Position numbers and translations under genes: made by a program. A DNA stretch of 55,571 bases from Escherichia phage vB_EcoM_JL1: the sequence record OR791690.1. One strand, 5' to 3'. The notes beneath the pieces are model-generated. The model saw only the letters and a list, made by a program, of their open reading frames with translations. It had not been told where the DNA came from and searched no databases. Positions 55,357 to 55,571 of this stretch are shown piece by piece; position 1 is the first letter of the stretch; each line of letters opens with the position of its first letter.

Positions 55357-55571
55357 GATAAAGTCTCCAATTGATTATGATTTAACTGAAACGGATTAGA
55401 CTTGCGTAGCCTATTCATAATCACAACCAACTAATGGTGAGGTGAGCACACTACAACAGCGTACTCTGATTGCCTTTGACCTTGACTTATAAGCGAAGCG
55501 CCTAACTTGGTGTTGTTTGAAAGCCGATAGGCTGTAGGAAAAAGTTGGAGTAGGGACCGTATTTAAGTCCG

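Larger units (their letters stand above)
52577..55571. repeat. Second copy of the 2,995-bp repeat
   Basis: identical to 1..2995. Confidence 0.95.

Noticed and set aside
1-55571. Search for CRISPR arrays, integrase, repressor or transposase
   Set aside because: No spacer-repeat arrays, no tyrosine/serine recombinase or transposase motifs and no lysogeny module seen; genome appears strictly lytic

Overview
The window is slightly more than one genome length of a virulent tailed phage. The first 2,995 bp are identical to the last 2,995 bp (1..2995 = 52577..55571), so the unique sequence is about 52,576 bp, shown either as a wrap-around of a circularly permuted genome or with a long terminal repeat. 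Essentially every credible gene is on the minus strand; plus-strand ORFs in the track look like antisense artefacts. Reading the minus strand from high to low coordinates: an ORF-poor control region (about 52576..51912) with short repeated motifs; an early region of small genes (51911..44607) that includes an ArdA-like anti-restriction candidate, an M15 peptidase, a DUF4326-like protein and a small protein whose C-terminus copies the E. coli SSB tail; an ORF-poor, RNA-rich region (44600..39150) with a tRNA carrying a ~20-nt insertion, a second tRNA-like minihelix, clustered promoter-like motifs and a spanin-like gene pair; a DNA-metabolism block (ThyX-like, primase-helicase, family A DNA polymerase, SSB-like, FEN exonuclease, HNH endonuclease, minimal ATP-dependent ligase, P-loop kinase, dUTPase); a structural block (terminase large subunit, portal, protease/scaffold, Ig-decorated head protein, major capsid protein, then a Mu-like contractile tail module: sheath, tube, chaperone, tape measure, baseplate, tail fibres); lysis genes (holin, SleB-like hydrolase); a lone NrdB; and a 704-aa T7-like single-subunit RNA polymerase. 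A roughly 20-bp motif (minus-strand consensus AACATTAGTTGGATTTGAAG) recurs about 12 times upstream of genes and is the best candidate for the phage RNA polymerase promoter. From memory, this combination (myovirus tail, T7-like RNAP, ~53 kb, tRNA with a short intron) matches the phiEcoM-GJ1-type phages; I could not verify that by search. No single locus stands out as a complete new system; the candidates I would look at first are: (1) the tape-measure-like protein carrying an embedded YqaJ-type PD-(D/E)XK nuclease domain plus a C-terminal lytic transglycosylase; (2) a -1 programmed frameshift (C_CCA_AAG) that appends Ig-like domains to a head protein; (3) small proteins ending in SSB-tip-like ...DDDIPF / ...DTEIPF; (4) the promoter/small-RNA cluster at 44158..44540 with an opposite-strand consensus sigma70 promoter; (5) a lone host-like NrdB, a ThyX-like protein with a changed RHR motif, and a dUTPase with an HxH-bearing C-terminal extension. 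All calls are from reading the sequence and motif recall; no database search, RNA folding program or alignment was run.
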